DNA of 64,000 nucleotides, taken from contig CBDAVP010000007.1 in assembly GCA_965201075.1 (NCBI GenBank), positions 62,001 to 126,000 of the forward strand, in the 5' to 3' direction. The position numbers were made by a program, and so were the translations under genes. The notes under the pieces were generated by a model. That model saw nothing but the letters and a program-made list of their open reading frames with translations, ran no database searches and was not told the origin of the DNA. Positions 20,014 to 30,841 of this stretch are shown piece after piece. Source of the stretch: Isosphaeraceae bacterium (lineage in GTDB: Bacteria > Planctomycetota > Planctomycetia > Isosphaerales > Isosphaeraceae). Positions within the stretch are counted from its first letter, which is position 1, and every line of letters starts with the position of its first letter.

Positions 20014-22557
20014 TCAGCCGATGGTCCCCGCCAGGGCTCGTTCCCGACCTGGAGTGGACTCCGGAGGCAAAAGCGTGAGGTCGAACACCTCGTCAAGGTT
20101 CGACACGCAATGAAACTCCAAGACCTCGCGGATGTCCTCGGGAAGATCCTCGATGTCGGCCTCGTTGGCCTTGGGCAAGATGATCCGGGCAATCCCCGCT
20201 CGATGGGCGCCCAGTACCTTTTCCTTGACTCCGCCGATCGGCAATACACGGCCGCGGAGGGTCGTTTCGCCGGTCATCGCAACGTCCTGACGGACCGGAC
20301 GGCCCGACATGGCGGAGACGATCGCCACGGCCATCGCCACCCCCGCGCTCGGTCCATCCTTGGGGATCGCGCCGGCCGGAACGTGGACGTGAACCTCGAT
20401 CGCCCCCGTTCGCTCCGAACCCATCCGTAATCGGGTCGACTGGTTCGCCGCGAAGGTCAGCGCCGCGCGGGCCGACTCCTTCATCACGTCGCCAAGCTGC
20501 CCCGTCAAAATCAGCCCGACGCTTCCGAATCCCTCCGCCGAGGACGTTGTCGAGACGTCCGCGGAGGGTCGGTCCTGAAGCCTTCGCAGCGACGCCTCGA
20601 CGAACATGATGTCACCGCCGGCCGGGGTGTAATACATCCCCGTCGCCACGCCAATCTCGCTGGCCGACCCTGCGCGTTCGGGGTGGACTCGCGGCCGACC
20701 GAGCAGGTCGCGCACCGACTCGGGAGTCACCAACGGATCGACCGTGTCCCCCCCGGCGATCTTCCTGGCCAGTTTCCGCGCCACCGCCCCCACCTGTCGC
20801 TCCAGTTGGCGGACGCCGCTCTCCCGGGTATACCGCCCCACCACGGTCGCCACGGCGTCGTCGGTAAAGGTTAATCCCTTGCCGGACAGCCCCGACTCCT
20901 CGAGTTGTCGGGGGATCAGGTAGGTCTTGGCGATCTCGGCCTTTTCACGCTCGGTATAGCCGGCGAACTCGACGACCTCCATCCGGTCCAGCAGCGGGGC
21001 GGGGATGTTCTGGACAAGGTTGGCCGTGGCGATGAACAGCACCTCGCTCAGGTCGAACGGGACGTTCAGGTAATGGTCCGTGAACGTGTCGTTCTGAGCG
21101 GGATCGAGCACTTCCAGCAACGCGCTGGCCGGGTCGCCTTGATGAGAGACCCCCAGCTTGTCCACTTCGTCGAGCAGGAAAACGGGATTCTTGGTCCCGG
21201 CCTGCTTGAGGCTCTGGATAATCCGGCCGGGCATGGCGCCGACATAGGTACGGCGATGTCCCCGAATATCGGCCTCGTCGCGAACGCCACCCAGCGCCGC
21301 CCGGACGTACTTGCGTCCCAGGGCGCGGGCGATCGACTTGGCGATGGACGTCTTGCCCACACCCGGCGGACCGGTGAACAGCAAGATGGGCCCTCGGGCC
21401 ATCGCCTTGGCCTTGGCCTCGGTCGCGTCGGTGATCGTCTTGCCGGCGTCGGTCGGGGAAACGTCCTCGCCCACCTTCAGGGCCTCGGCCGGGACACCAC
21501 CCGGCTCGCCGGCCTCCTTGGCCAGTTCCCCCGCGCGGAGTTGCCTCACCGCCAGAAATTCCAATACGCGATCCTTTACGTCCTTGAGGCCGTAGTGGTC
21601 CTCGTCCAGAACCTCGGTCGCGTGGCGGAGGTCCAGGTTGTCGTCGGAACGGGAATTCCAGGGGAGTTCGGCGACCCACTCCAGATACGTCCGGATCACC
21701 TGCGCTTCCATCGACTCGCGGCCCGACCGCTCCAGCCGACCCAGTTCCCGTTCAATCTCGGCGCGGGCTTCCCTGGGCAGTTCAAGCTTGCTCAGTTTGT
21801 CTCGAAGATCCTGGACCTCCCGAGACTGGTCATCCTCGCCCAGCTCCTTCTGGATCGCCTTGAGCTGCTCTCGGAGGAACATCTCTCGCTGTCGCTGGCC
21901 GAGTTCTTCCTGAACCTGCGACTTGATCTCGGCCTGGGCTTCGAGCATGCCAATTTGGCGCTGAACGTCGATCAGGACGCGGCGCATCCGATCCTCGACG
22001 CCCAGGGACTCGAGCAACGCCTGCTTCTCGACCGCGGGCAACTCCAGGTAACCGGCGACGAGGTCGGCGAACCGGCCCGGCTCGGTCACCGAGTCGAGCA
22101 CCTGGTGCAACACCTCCTCGGGAAGTCCGCGCTTCTCGCCCAGTTCCATCGCCCGCTCGCGAATCTCGCGAGACATGGCGGCGAAGGCGGGATTCGCCTC
22201 GTCGACGGGCGGAATGTCCTCGAGCGGGGCGACCTCGACGGCGAGATACCCGTCCGCCTCGGAGTAACGCAGGATGTTCGCTCGCTTCTCGCCCTGGAGC
22301 AGCAGTTGCACGCCGCCCAGACCGCGCTGAACCTGGCCAATGCGGGCGATCAGGCCAACGCCGAAGAGTTGTTCCGGCAGCGGCTCCTCGACGTTCTCAC
22401 GCTGGGCGACCGCGAAGACCAGGCCATTGGTCCCTTTCATCGCCGCCTCGACGGCGCGTAGGGTAGCCGGCCGTCCCACGGCGATCGGCACCGTCAACCC
22501 AGGAAAGATCACGGTCCCACGCATCGGCAGGACCGGCAATGTCAAAAGTTGGGCCAT
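20014..22557 (-). CDS. lon: ATP-dependent Lon protease
   Basis: LPVLPMRGTVIFP N-domain, GPPGVGKTS, GHRRTYVGAMPG, LLDEVDK, PKDGPSAG (catalytic Ser), PIGGVKEK (Lys); start set at MAQLL. Confidence 0.98.
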   Translation of the reverse strand: MAQLLTLPVLPMRGTVIFPGLTVPIAVGRPATLRAVEAAMKGTNGLVFAVAQRENVEEPLPEQLFGVGLIARIGQVQRGLGGVQLLLQGEKRANILRYSEADGYLAVEVAPLEDIPPVDEANPAFAAMSREIRERAMELGEKRGLPEEVLHQVLDSVTEPGRFADLVAGYLELPAVEKQALLESLGVEDRMRRVLIDVQRQIGMLEAQAEIKSQVQEELGQRQREMFLREQLKAIQKELGEDDQSREVQDLRDKLSKLELPREARAEIERELGRLERSGRESMEAQVIRTYLEWVAELPWNSRSDDNLDLRHATEVLDEDHYGLKDVKDRVLEFLAVRQLRAGELAKEAGEPGGVPAEALKVGEDVSPTDAGKTITDATEAKAKAMARGPILLFTGPPGVGKTSIAKSIARALGRKYVRAALGGVRDEADIRGHRRTYVGAMPGRIIQSLKQAGTKNPVFLLDEVDKLGVSHQGDPASALLEVLDPAQNDTFTDHYLNVPFDLSEVLFIATANLVQNIPAPLLDRMEVVEFAGYTEREKAEIAKTYLIPRQLEESGLSGKGLTFTDDAVATVVGRYTRESGVRQLERQVGAVARKLARKIAGGDTVDPLVTPESVRDLLGRPRVHPERAGSASEIGVATGMYYTPAGGDIMFVEASLRRLQDRPSADVSTTSSAEGFGSVGLILTGQLGDVMKESARAALTFAANQSTRLRMGSERTGAIEVHVHVPAGAIPKDGPSAGVAMAVAIVSAMSGRPVRQDVAMTGETTLRGRVLPIGGVKEKVLGAHRAGIARIILPKANEADIEDLPEDIREVLEFHCVSNLDEVFDLTLLPPESTPGRERALAGTIG

Positions 22558-22674
22558 TGGATTTGCCTCGTTCACAAAACAACCCTCGATCTCGCCGAGC
22601 CCACGGCCCACGGCCCGCCGCTTTTCATTCTAATGGGACACGCAAATCATCCAAACCGCCGGAACATTGCGAGG

Positions 22675-23313
22675 TCAGGGAGCCAGGCGTTCAACCAGCC
22701 AACCGCCCTGGCCCGACCGTCGATAACGAATCCGGTCATGGAGGCGGCTGGGTCGCCCTTGCCAGAACTCGACAACCTCATGGGCCACGCGGAATCCTCC
22801 CCAGTGGAGCGGCCGAGGAATTCGCCCCTCGGGAAATTGCCGCTCGAAGGCACGAGCCCGCTCCTCCAGGGACTCCCGATCCGGGACAATCTCGCTCTGC
22901 GGGGAAGCCCAGGCCCCCAGACGAGACCCGGCCGGCCGCGACTGGAAATAGGCGTCGGACTCCTCGGCCGAGACCCGGGTCGTTTTTCCCTCGATCCGCA
23001 CCTGGCGTTCCAGTTCCGGCCAGAAGAAGGTCAAGGCGGCAAACGGGTTGCCCTCCAGGTCTCGCCCCTTGCGTCCCGAATAGTTGGTGAAGAAGGTGAA
23101 ACCCGCCTCGTCGAATCCCCGCAAGAGCACGACCCGAGCCGAGGGCCGATGGTCCGGCCCGACCGTCGCCAGGGTCATGGCGTTGGGTTCGGGGACGCCC
23201 GCGTCGGTCGCGTCGCAAAACCAGGAAGCGAACTGGGCGATCGGGTCGGCGGCCGCGTCCGACTCGCTCAGACTCGCCTTGCGGTAATCCGTCCGCATCT
23301 CCGCCTGGGTCAT
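22675..23313 (-). CDS. pdxH: Pyridoxine/pyridoxamine 5'-phosphate oxidase
   Basis: [51 protein letters not shown]. Confidence 0.98.
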   Translation of the reverse strand: MTQAEMRTDYRKASLSESDAAADPIAQFASWFCDATDAGVPEPNAMTLATVGPDHRPSARVVLLRGFDEAGFTFFTNYSGRKGRDLEGNPFAALTFFWPELERQVRIEGKTTRVSAEESDAYFQSRPAGSRLGAWASPQSEIVPDRESLEERARAFERQFPEGRIPRPLHWGGFRVAHEVVEFWQGRPSRLHDRIRYRRSGQGGWLVERLAP

Positions 23314-23427
23314 CGCGAGGTCTCCGGTGGGGACGTCTCTACCTTATAATAGTAAGGAGCCGGCGACCCCCAGGCGATCCTCCCGGTCCCGGGCCCCCGC
23401 CGAGCCATTCCCGAGAGACGTTCCGAA

Positions 23428-24804
23428 TTGACGGGTCAAACCGGAATGCGCGCCTCCGATGTGGCGACCCTGTTGGCTTTCACGGTCCTGGCGACAGCCT
23501 TCACCCTGATCGTCCCGGTCTTCGAGGCGCCCGATGAGCCCGACCACCTCGCCCACATCAATTTCGTCGCGAGTCGAGGGGAATTGACCAACCAGTTCGA
23601 CCCCGACCGCTTCGTCATCGCCGAGGGGAACCAGCCGCCCCTCTATTACGTCGCCGCGGCAATCCTGGTCAGAGCCTTCGGACCCTTCGACCACTCGGTG
23701 AGCGTCCACTCGACACGCAACCCCGAGCACCTCTGGAACGGCGGTCCAACCTTCTCGACACCCCTATTCCGCCACCCCGTCACCTTCCGCTCGGCGGCCG
23801 ACCGCCGAATCTTCTACCTCCTGAGGCTCTTCACGGTCGCCCTCGGCGCCGCGAACCTCGCGGCCCTTCTTCGGCTCTCTCGCCGACTCGCCAGGGGCCC
23901 TCAACAGGCCTGGACCGCCGGCTGGCTGGTCGCGACCCTCCCGCAGTACCTGTTTCACTGCGGCGTCCTGGGCAACGACGTCCTCGCCGCCCTGCTGGCG
24001 ACGCTCACGATCGAAGCAGCCTTCGCCGCCCTCGATGAGCCGACCCGTTGGCGGCATTACTCGCGGATGGGGTTGGCTTTGGGGCTCGGTCTGATCTCGA
24101 AAAAAACCTGCCTGACACTTTTACCGGGCCTGGCGATCCTCCTGACCGTCATCCTCTTCCGCCAACCTCGAGAGCGACGAACCACGTGGATTTGGAAAGG
24201 CCCCCTGCCGGCCCTCGGGATCGCCCTGGTCGTCGCCGGCTGGTTCTTCGCAAGGAATCAGCGCCTTTATGGCGATCTCCTGGGCACGAAGATGGAGCGC
24301 ATCACACTGGCGTTCGCCGCCACGCCCCGCCCCTTGGTCTCGGACTATTTCCGGTACGATTTCCCCAAAGGTCTGACCCAAACCAGTTTCGGCCGTTTCG
24401 GCTGGCTCAACATCTCCTTTCCGTGGCCGGTCTACGTCCTGGAAAATCTTGTTCTGGGGGGATGCGCCCTGGGCCTGCTGGCGGGCTGGCGAACACTCCC
24501 TGGTTCCCAAAGGGCTCGGCTGGCGATGGCGGCGGTCTTCCCCTTGGCGGCCCTGGCGGGAATCATCCATTTCAATCTGACCTTCACCCAGCCCCAGGGA
24601 CGTTACCTTCTCCCCGCGATCGGCCCGATCGCCGTTCTGCTGGTCGAGGGGGCGTCGTGGTGGCTCCGCCGACGCCCGTCGTGGACCTCAACACGCTGGG
24701 TCGCGGTCTTTTGGGTGGTCGTCACGATCGCGATGGACCTCCTGGCCCTCCAGCGGATCAGCCGGACCTGTCCGGGAGCTGGTCGCGAAGTCCTGGGGAT
24801 GTGA
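23428..24804 (+). CDS. GT-C fold membrane glycosyltransferase (GT39/DUF2142-like)
   Basis: PVFEAPDEPDH, QPPLYY, NDVLA, PQGRYLLPA; many TM helices; start may be ATG 23446. Confidence 0.75.
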   Translation: MTGQTGMRASDVATLLAFTVLATAFTLIVPVFEAPDEPDHLAHINFVASRGELTNQFDPDRFVIAEGNQPPLYYVAAAILVRAFGPFDHSVSVHSTRNPEHLWNGGPTFSTPLFRHPVTFRSAADRRIFYLLRLFTVALGAANLAALLRLSRRLARGPQQAWTAGWLVATLPQYLFHCGVLGNDVLAALLATLTIEAAFAALDEPTRWRHYSRMGLALGLGLISKKTCLTLLPGLAILLTVILFRQPRERRTTWIWKGPLPALGIALVVAGWFFARNQRLYGDLLGTKMERITLAFAATPRPLVSDYFRYDFPKGLTQTSFGRFGWLNISFPWPVYVLENLVLGGCALGLLAGWRTLPGSQRARLAMAAVFPLAALAGIIHFNLTFTQPQGRYLLPAIGPIAVLLVEGASWWLRRRPSWTSTRWVAVFWVVVTIAMDLLALQRISRTCPGAGREVLGM

Positions 24805-24808
24805 AGTC

Positions 24809-25315
24809 ATGCGCATCGAGCGGATCGCCGAGGGGCTGAGAATTGAACTGGCCGACGAGTCCGACACCGAGGCCCTCGGCCGGGCGATCGCCCGGATCGT
24901 CGTCCCAGGTACGACGATCGCACTCGACGGCCCTTTGGGCGCCGGCAAGACGCGGCTGACCCGGGCGATTGCCGAGGCCCTGGGCGTCGACCCTCGCGAG
25001 GTTGCCAGCCCCACCTTTGTCTTGATCCACGAATACGAAGGCACTCTCCCCCTCTTTCACTTCGACGCCTATCGCCTCCCCGACGCCGAGGCCTTCGACG
25101 CCCTGGGAGCCGCCGACTACTTCGGCGCTGGGGGCGTCTGCCTGATCGAATGGGCCGATCGCGTGGCCGATCGCCTCCCCCCCGACGCCTGGTCGATCCG
25201 CATCGCCCCGCTCGACCCCTCCCGTCGCGTCGTGACCCTGACCCTCCCCGCCATCACCGCCGAATCGTTGCGAATCGCCCTGGCCTCACCCGTTGAAGAC
25301 GTCTCTCCGAGATGA
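24809..25315 (+). CDS. tsaE: tRNA threonylcarbamoyladenosine biosynthesis ATPase TsaE
   Basis: GPLGAGKT, VASPTFVLIHEY, HFDAYRL, LIEWA. Confidence 0.97.
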   Translation: MRIERIAEGLRIELADESDTEALGRAIARIVVPGTTIALDGPLGAGKTRLTRAIAEALGVDPREVASPTFVLIHEYEGTLPLFHFDAYRLPDAEAFDALGAADYFGAGGVCLIEWADRVADRLPPDAWSIRIAPLDPSRRVVTLTLPAITAESLRIALASPVEDVSPR

Positions 25316-25431
25316 GGCGCAACATCGCCGGTCCCTCGTGAAGCTCGGCGGGACCGGGTATCGTCGCGAACCGGGTCGTCGCCTGAGCGAGGTCCCCAAA
25401 GCGCCCGGTCCACCTTCCGAGGACGTCCTCC

Positions 25432-26334
25432 ATGAGATTCGCCTCGCTCGCCCTCGTCCACCTGCTCTCCTTCGGAGTGCCTTCCGTCGCTCCGGCGGCC
25501 GATCCTCCCGCCTCCGAAACCCTCGACCTTTGGCCAGGAGCGGCCCCGGGCGAGACCGGTGAGGTTGGACCCGAGGTCCGCAAGGGGGAAAACCCCGTCA
25601 CCTCGATCACAAACGTCACCAAGCCCTCGATCACTGTCACCCGCCCAGCGCCGGACAAGAACACCGGAGCCGCCATCGTGGTCTGCCCCGGCGGCGGCTA
25701 CAACGCCCTGGCCTGGGACCACGAAGGAGAACAGGTCGCCCGCTGGTTGAACGACCTGGGCGTCACCGCGGCAGTCCTGAAGTATCGCGTTCCGAGGCGT
25801 CCCGGCTCCCCGAAAGACCAGCCGCCGCCCCAGGCTCTCATGGACGCCCAGCGCGCTCTGAGCCTGGTCCGAAGCCACGCCAACGACTGGTCCGTGGACG
25901 CCAGCCGGGTGGGAATCCTCGGCTTCTCCGCGGGCGGCCACCTCGCCGCCTGGGCCGCCACCAACCCTGACCCCCGAACCTATTCGCCCGTCGATGCCGC
26001 CGACACCTTTGGTTCTCGCCCAGACTTCGTGGTCTTGATCTATCCGGGCGGCCTCCTCAAGGGCGATCAGCTTTCTCCCGAGATCCACGTCACCTCGCAA
26101 ACGCCCCCAACCTTCTTCGCCCACGCCAACGACGACCCCGTGCCCCCCCAGGGAAGCGCCCGGCTCTACCTGGCGATGAAAGAGGCCGGCGTTCCCGCCG
26201 AACTGCACATTTACAACTCCGGCGGGCACGGCTTCGGCATGAGGGCCTCGCCCCACCCCAGTTCTCACTGGTCGGACCGTTGCGCCGAATGGCTTGCCGA
26301 CCGGGGCCTCCTCCGACCCGCTCCGACGCCTTGA
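25432..26334 (+). CDS. Secreted alpha/beta hydrolase (esterase)
   Basis: Signal peptide, CPGGGY, GFSAGGHLA, DDPV, GGHGFG. Confidence 0.9.
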   Translation: MRFASLALVHLLSFGVPSVAPAADPPASETLDLWPGAAPGETGEVGPEVRKGENPVTSITNVTKPSITVTRPAPDKNTGAAIVVCPGGGYNALAWDHEGEQVARWLNDLGVTAAVLKYRVPRRPGSPKDQPPPQALMDAQRALSLVRSHANDWSVDASRVGILGFSAGGHLAAWAATNPDPRTYSPVDAADTFGSRPDFVVLIYPGGLLKGDQLSPEIHVTSQTPPTFFAHANDDPVPPQGSARLYLAMKEAGVPAELHIYNSGGHGFGMRASPHPSSHWSDRCAEWLADRGLLRPAPTP

Positions 26335-26595
26335 CAGGATTCGCTCAAGTCGAGACAGCCGTCCCGGATTCTCCAAAGGGGATGAACTGGGACGGAACTC
26401 AACTGTGGGCCGAATGGCCGCCGCTGTCTTCTCCGTGAACCGTGCCGCCCGATCGGCGACCCTCCGCCCATCCCGGCGGGGCTTCGAACGCTACTCCGCC
26501 GACACCTTTGGGAAGGTCGCTCACGAGATTGGCTCTACAGGTTAGGATATCCTCTCAAAGTCGCGGTCAGTCAAAGGTTCTCGCTTGAGCGATCC

Positions 26596-27918
26596 GTGCC
26601 CGATCCGGAAACCTCCTACCCATTTGACGTCGCGATCCTCGGCGCCGGGGCCGCCGGCCTGTTCGCGGCGATCCGAGCGGCGGAGCGTGGTCGAACCGTC
26701 GTGCTCCTGGAAAAAAATCGGCGGGCGGGCGTCAAAATCCTGATGTCTGGCGGCACCCGCTGCAACCTGACCAATGCCAGAGGTTTGCGTAATCTCGGCG
26801 TGATCTCGGGTCCGGTCGACCCAGGCTACGATCCCCGAGAGGCCCGCGGAGCCCGCGCGATTCAGGCGGCGTTTGGACCGAACGGCGTTTTCCTGGCTCC
26901 CTCGTTGAAAGCCCTTTCGGTCGAGGCGACCGTGGAACTCTTCGAGGCCGAGGGGGTCGCCACTTACGTCGAGCCCAACGGCAAGGTTTTTCCCGCCTCC
27001 GACCGAGCCACCGACGTTTTGGCCGCTTTGCTGGCTCGCCTCTCCCGGGCGGGAGTGACCCCTCGGGTGGAATCGCCAATCTTCTCCGTCGAGCCAAAGC
27101 CCGGCGGCGGGTTCACCATCGAGGCCGGGGGTAAACCCCTCACGGCCAACCGGGTCATCCTTTGCGTTGGGGGCCAGTCGTACCCCGGCTGCGGCACTCG
27201 TGGAGACGGCTACGCGATCGCCCGGCGATTTGGCCACTCGATCGTCGAGCCCCGCCCGGCGCTGGTGCCCTTGCGAGTGACGCCGTCCTGGGTTCCGGAA
27301 CTGAAGGGACTGGCCCTGCCCGATGTCGTCGCGTCCATTCTGCCGCCGACGGGGACGAACGGTCCGACCCTGCTCCAGCGGCGGGAAGCCGTGCTGTTCG
27401 CCCATTTTGGCCTGAGCGGGCCTGCGATCCTGGACATCAGCCGCGCCGTGGCCCGTCACGACGGCCCCGACCCGTTGACCCTGACGCTGGACCTCGACCC
27501 CGGAACCAGGGCCGAAACTCTCGAAGCTCACCTGGTGGCCAGGAGCCGGGTCGGCCGCCCCTCGGTGCTGAATCTCCTGCCCGAGCCGATCCCCCGGCGT
27601 CTCGGCGTGGCCGTGCTCGACGCCGCCTCGGTCCCCCCCGGACGAACCGGGCCCGAACTGTCCCGTGACGAGCGTCGGCGACTGGTCTCGGCGATCAAGG
27701 GACTGGCCCTGCCGGTTGCCGGGACGTTGGGATTCGCCAAGGCCGAGGTCACCAGCGGCGGCGTGTCGCTGGGTGAGGTCCATCCCGAGACCCTGGAAAG
27801 CCGCCTCCAGCCAGGCCTGCACTTCGCGGGAGAAGTCCTCGACCTCGACGGGCTCATCGGCGGGTACAACTTCCAGGCCGCCTGGTCGACCGGCTGGCTG
27901 GCGGGTCAACAAGCCTGA
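26596..27918 (+). CDS. HI0933/BaiN-family NAD(P)/FAD-dependent oxidoreductase
   Basis: GAGAAG, KILMSGGTRCNLTN, GKVFP, HFGLSGPAILD, TSGGV, GEVLDLDGLIGGYNFQAAWSTG. Confidence 0.95.
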   Translation: MPDPETSYPFDVAILGAGAAGLFAAIRAAERGRTVVLLEKNRRAGVKILMSGGTRCNLTNARGLRNLGVISGPVDPGYDPREARGARAIQAAFGPNGVFLAPSLKALSVEATVELFEAEGVATYVEPNGKVFPASDRATDVLAALLARLSRAGVTPRVESPIFSVEPKPGGGFTIEAGGKPLTANRVILCVGGQSYPGCGTRGDGYAIARRFGHSIVEPRPALVPLRVTPSWVPELKGLALPDVVASILPPTGTNGPTLLQRREAVLFAHFGLSGPAILDISRAVARHDGPDPLTLTLDLDPGTRAETLEAHLVARSRVGRPSVLNLLPEPIPRRLGVAVLDAASVPPGRTGPELSRDERRRLVSAIKGLALPVAGTLGFAKAEVTSGGVSLGEVHPETLESRLQPGLHFAGEVLDLDGLIGGYNFQAAWSTGWLAGQQA

Positions 27919-28050
27919 CCCATTGGACTTGACGCCCCCGACCGATTCCCCTAGATCAAGCCGCCATCCTCCCTTTCGAGGCTCGGGAAGGATCGGGAAT
28001 CGCCCCGTCCCCCTCGGAAGGCCGTCCCTTGGTCAGGTCACGGGCCGCCC

Positions 28051-29202
28051 ATGCAAGACGCTTCCCCCAGCCGTCCGAAACGCTGGCCCCTGGGCTTTCT
28101 GGGGATGATTGCATTGGTGATGGCCACCGAACGCGGCCTCGACCCCTTCGCCGCGACCCTGGTCAACATGACCCAATGGGGCTGGCGTTTCACCCACCGG
28201 AGCCTTCCCAGCCAAGCTCCCGGCCGCGACATCCTCTGCTTCGGGGACAGCCTGGCGATGTTCGGCATCCAACCCCGAGTTCTCCAGGAACGTCTCCCAG
28301 GTCGCGGCGTCTACAACCTCGCGATTCTCTGCGGCCAGACCCCCTCGAGCTACTTCCTGTTCCGCCGCGCCCTCGCCGCGGGCGCGCGTCCCTCGGCGGT
28401 CGTCCTCAACACCCGCCGCTGTTTGCTGGCCTGTGACCTGACGATCAATGACCTCCATTGGGCCGAAATGCTGACCGACCGCGAATGCCTGGAACTGGCC
28501 TGGACCGCCCGCGACGCCGACTTCTTCGCCAAAACCTTCCTCGGCATTCACCTCATCAGCTACCGAGAACGAGACGCCCTGCGCAAGAACGTCCTGGGAG
28601 CGTTCGGGGGCCAGGACACCGCGACCCTGGTCTGGAACCGGGGACTGGTCAGCAACATCCGTCAGAATCAAGGCGCCGCGGTCTTCTGGCCGGTCCCGCA
28701 CCCGCCCCAGACTGTCGCCGCGCCGGCGCCTCCCGGCACCCGACCCGGACCCTGGAACCCTCGCCCCTATAATGTCGAGTATCTCCGCCGGTTCTTCGCC
28801 CTGGCCGCGTCGAAGGGCATTGCCGTCTACTGGGTCGACCTGCCCGAGTGTCCGGCCAACGAAGATCAATGGACCCGCTCGGGAGACCGTCAGATCGTCG
28901 ATCGGTACACTCGAAACCTCCTGGCCGAATTTCCCAACGTCGTCGCGGTCAGCACGCCCCAGTCGAGCTATCCGGACGCGCTCTATTACGACGATGCCCA
29001 CCTCTCCCGCCACGGGGCCACAATCTTGAGCGAGGACTTCGCCGAGGTTTTGGCCCATCCGCCCTCGAAGGCCGACGGCTCGGCTCGTCGGGTGCAACTG
29101 CCGCCGTTCGTCGAGCGAGCCGACCCCGTCCGTCTGGAAGACTTCGGTGAATCCACGACGGCCATGAGAGCGCGAGAGGCAGCCGAAACGGTCCGTCGCT
29201 AA
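28051..29202 (+). CDS. Membrane-anchored SGNH/GDSL-like protein (possible polysaccharide acyltransferase/esterase)
   Basis: N-terminal TM, CFGDSL block, VYNLAI, C-terminal DDAHL (DxxH); paralog at 54107-55240. Confidence 0.6.
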   Translation: MQDASPSRPKRWPLGFLGMIALVMATERGLDPFAATLVNMTQWGWRFTHRSLPSQAPGRDILCFGDSLAMFGIQPRVLQERLPGRGVYNLAILCGQTPSSYFLFRRALAAGARPSAVVLNTRRCLLACDLTINDLHWAEMLTDRECLELAWTARDADFFAKTFLGIHLISYRERDALRKNVLGAFGGQDTATLVWNRGLVSNIRQNQGAAVFWPVPHPPQTVAAPAPPGTRPGPWNPRPYNVEYLRRFFALAASKGIAVYWVDLPECPANEDQWTRSGDRQIVDRYTRNLLAEFPNVVAVSTPQSSYPDALYYDDAHLSRHGATILSEDFAEVLAHPPSKADGSARRVQLPPFVERADPVRLEDFGESTTAMRAREAAETVRR

Positions 29203-29203
29203 T

Positions 29204-30688
29204 TCAACGCTCCTGGGCCGGCCCATCCATCGGCGCGTCGACCCTTCCCCCGTCGCGAATCTCGGCCGAGCCCCCGGCCGCCTCCGCCGGGGTTCGCAAC
29301 TTGCCGATGGTCCGCTTCCAATGGGTTTCCAGGGGACCGAGGTCGGATCCGAACACCTGGCCGAAGGCAGCCAAGCCTCGACCGGGTTCGCCCACCGGCG
29401 TCGGCGTCTGGAGCAGGTCTAGATAGGCCCGAAACTCTCGGGGATGCTCCCTCCTCAAAAAATACACCAGGGCCCACGCCTCGGCGTAGCGGCCGGGTTG
29501 GTAGCCCCGGCCGAAGCCCGAGTCTCGCAGGATGGCTTCGAGACGAGAGGGAGGATTCAAGGCTCGCCAGACTGGGAGACGGAAGTCGTTCGGCCGACCG
29601 ACCCCCGCCCAACGGCCGCCCCGGACGACCTCGAACTGCATCGCCAGCCCTTCCTGGAGCCAGACTGGCCACGCCCCCGGTCCGGGGCACAGGCCGCTCG
29701 CTTCGACGAGTTGGTGAACCTGTTCGTGGGTCGCCGTGGCGACATCCACCCCCCGCCATTCCAGGTCGAACAGCAACTCGCGGCGGGCCAATTCGCCACG
29801 CGACCGCGCCGACCCCGGCCGCCTCGCCAGGACAGCGCGGGCCGCGGCAACCGCCTCCCGGGCCGGGCGTTGCGGCGCACCCTCTCGGGCATCGAAGGCC
29901 ACGATGGCGTGAAGGGTCGGGTGAAAATAACCTCGGGTCGAACGAAATGCATCGGCCCCTTCCCGGTGCAGAAATCCCAGGTAAGCGTCCTGATCGGCCA
30001 GCCAGACGGAGGCCATCCGCCATGCCGGCATGGGCAAGTCCACCCCCCACCCGGCCAGTTCCAGGTAAAAGGTCGTGATGACCCGTTCCAGGAGGGCCAC
30101 GCGCGCCATCGCCTCGGCCGGATCATGCTGGTGCAGCAGCACGACATGAGGACCCCGAGCCACGGCGAACTGGCCTCCAAGTGCCCGGTTCAACGGCCCG
30201 AGGTCGGGGTCGGGCCGATCGACCTCCAGCCGATCGCAAAGGGCGAGCACCCGGCCGCTCGGTTCCTGGGCGGGATCGGCCTGCCTCGACGCCCGGAACA
30301 TGGCGACGGCCTCGGTCGTCAGGCCACGTTCGAGCGCCCACCAGCCGGCCGCGAATTGCTCTCCCGCGGTGCCTCGTCGAGCCCGGGTCGCCCGCTCCGG
30401 CCACTCCTCCTCGGGACTTGGCAACCGAATTCGTTCTTGAACCTGCTCCGTCGAGAACTCCCAGGTCCGTCCCGGAGTGGACAACAACCACCGCCCCCCA
30501 ACCTGCTCCGCCAACACCTCCACTTCCCCACCGCCCGCGAACCGAATCACGTCCCCCCGTGTCGTCTCAACGACCAATCCGCCCAGCAAGATCGCCAGAA
30601 CGAGGAGACCGACTCGGCCACGAGACCTTCCCGGCCACCGATCCTCGGAGAGGTCCACGACCGGTCGCCCCGCCGTCGCGATTGACAC
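29204..30688 (-). CDS. DUF1570-like gluzincin metallopeptidase-domain protein
   Basis: Signal peptide, THEQVHQL (HExxH), WLQEGLA, YAEAWALVYFL; real start may be about 30 nt downstream. Confidence 0.75.
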   Translation of the reverse strand: MSIATAGRPVVDLSEDRWPGRSRGRVGLLVLAILLGGLVVETTRGDVIRFAGGGEVEVLAEQVGGRWLLSTPGRTWEFSTEQVQERIRLPSPEEEWPERATRARRGTAGEQFAAGWWALERGLTTEAVAMFRASRQADPAQEPSGRVLALCDRLEVDRPDPDLGPLNRALGGQFAVARGPHVVLLHQHDPAEAMARVALLERVITTFYLELAGWGVDLPMPAWRMASVWLADQDAYLGFLHREGADAFRSTRGYFHPTLHAIVAFDAREGAPQRPAREAVAAARAVLARRPGSARSRGELARRELLFDLEWRGVDVATATHEQVHQLVEASGLCPGPGAWPVWLQEGLAMQFEVVRGGRWAGVGRPNDFRLPVWRALNPPSRLEAILRDSGFGRGYQPGRYAEAWALVYFLRREHPREFRAYLDLLQTPTPVGEPGRGLAAFGQVFGSDLGPLETHWKRTIGKLRTPAEAAGGSAEIRDGGRVDAPMDGPAQER

Positions 30689-30710
30689 GTACCGCCTCGA
30701 AATTTAGGAT
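30682..30710 (+). promoter_or_regulatory. sigma70 promoter of tRNA-Thr
   Basis: TTGACA-17 bp-TAGGAT, 10 nt upstream of the tRNA. Confidence 0.8.
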
Positions 30711-30720
30711 GGTGAGCCCT

Positions 30721-30793
30721 GCCACCGTAGCTCAATCGGCAGAGCACCGCTTTCGTAAAGCGGGGGTTGGTGGTTCAACTCCACTCGGTGGCT
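30721..30793 (+). tRNA. tRNA-Thr(CGT), CCA not encoded
   Basis: Acceptor stem GCCACCG/CGGTGGC, D-arm AGCTCAATCGGCAGAGC, anticodon arm CCGCT-TTCGTAA-AGCGG, T-arm GGTGG-TTCAACT-CCACT. Confidence 0.97.
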
Positions 30794-30841
30794 TTCGACT
30801 CGTCCCTTTTTTTGATCTTAGCGGCCCCACCTCGGATCGCT

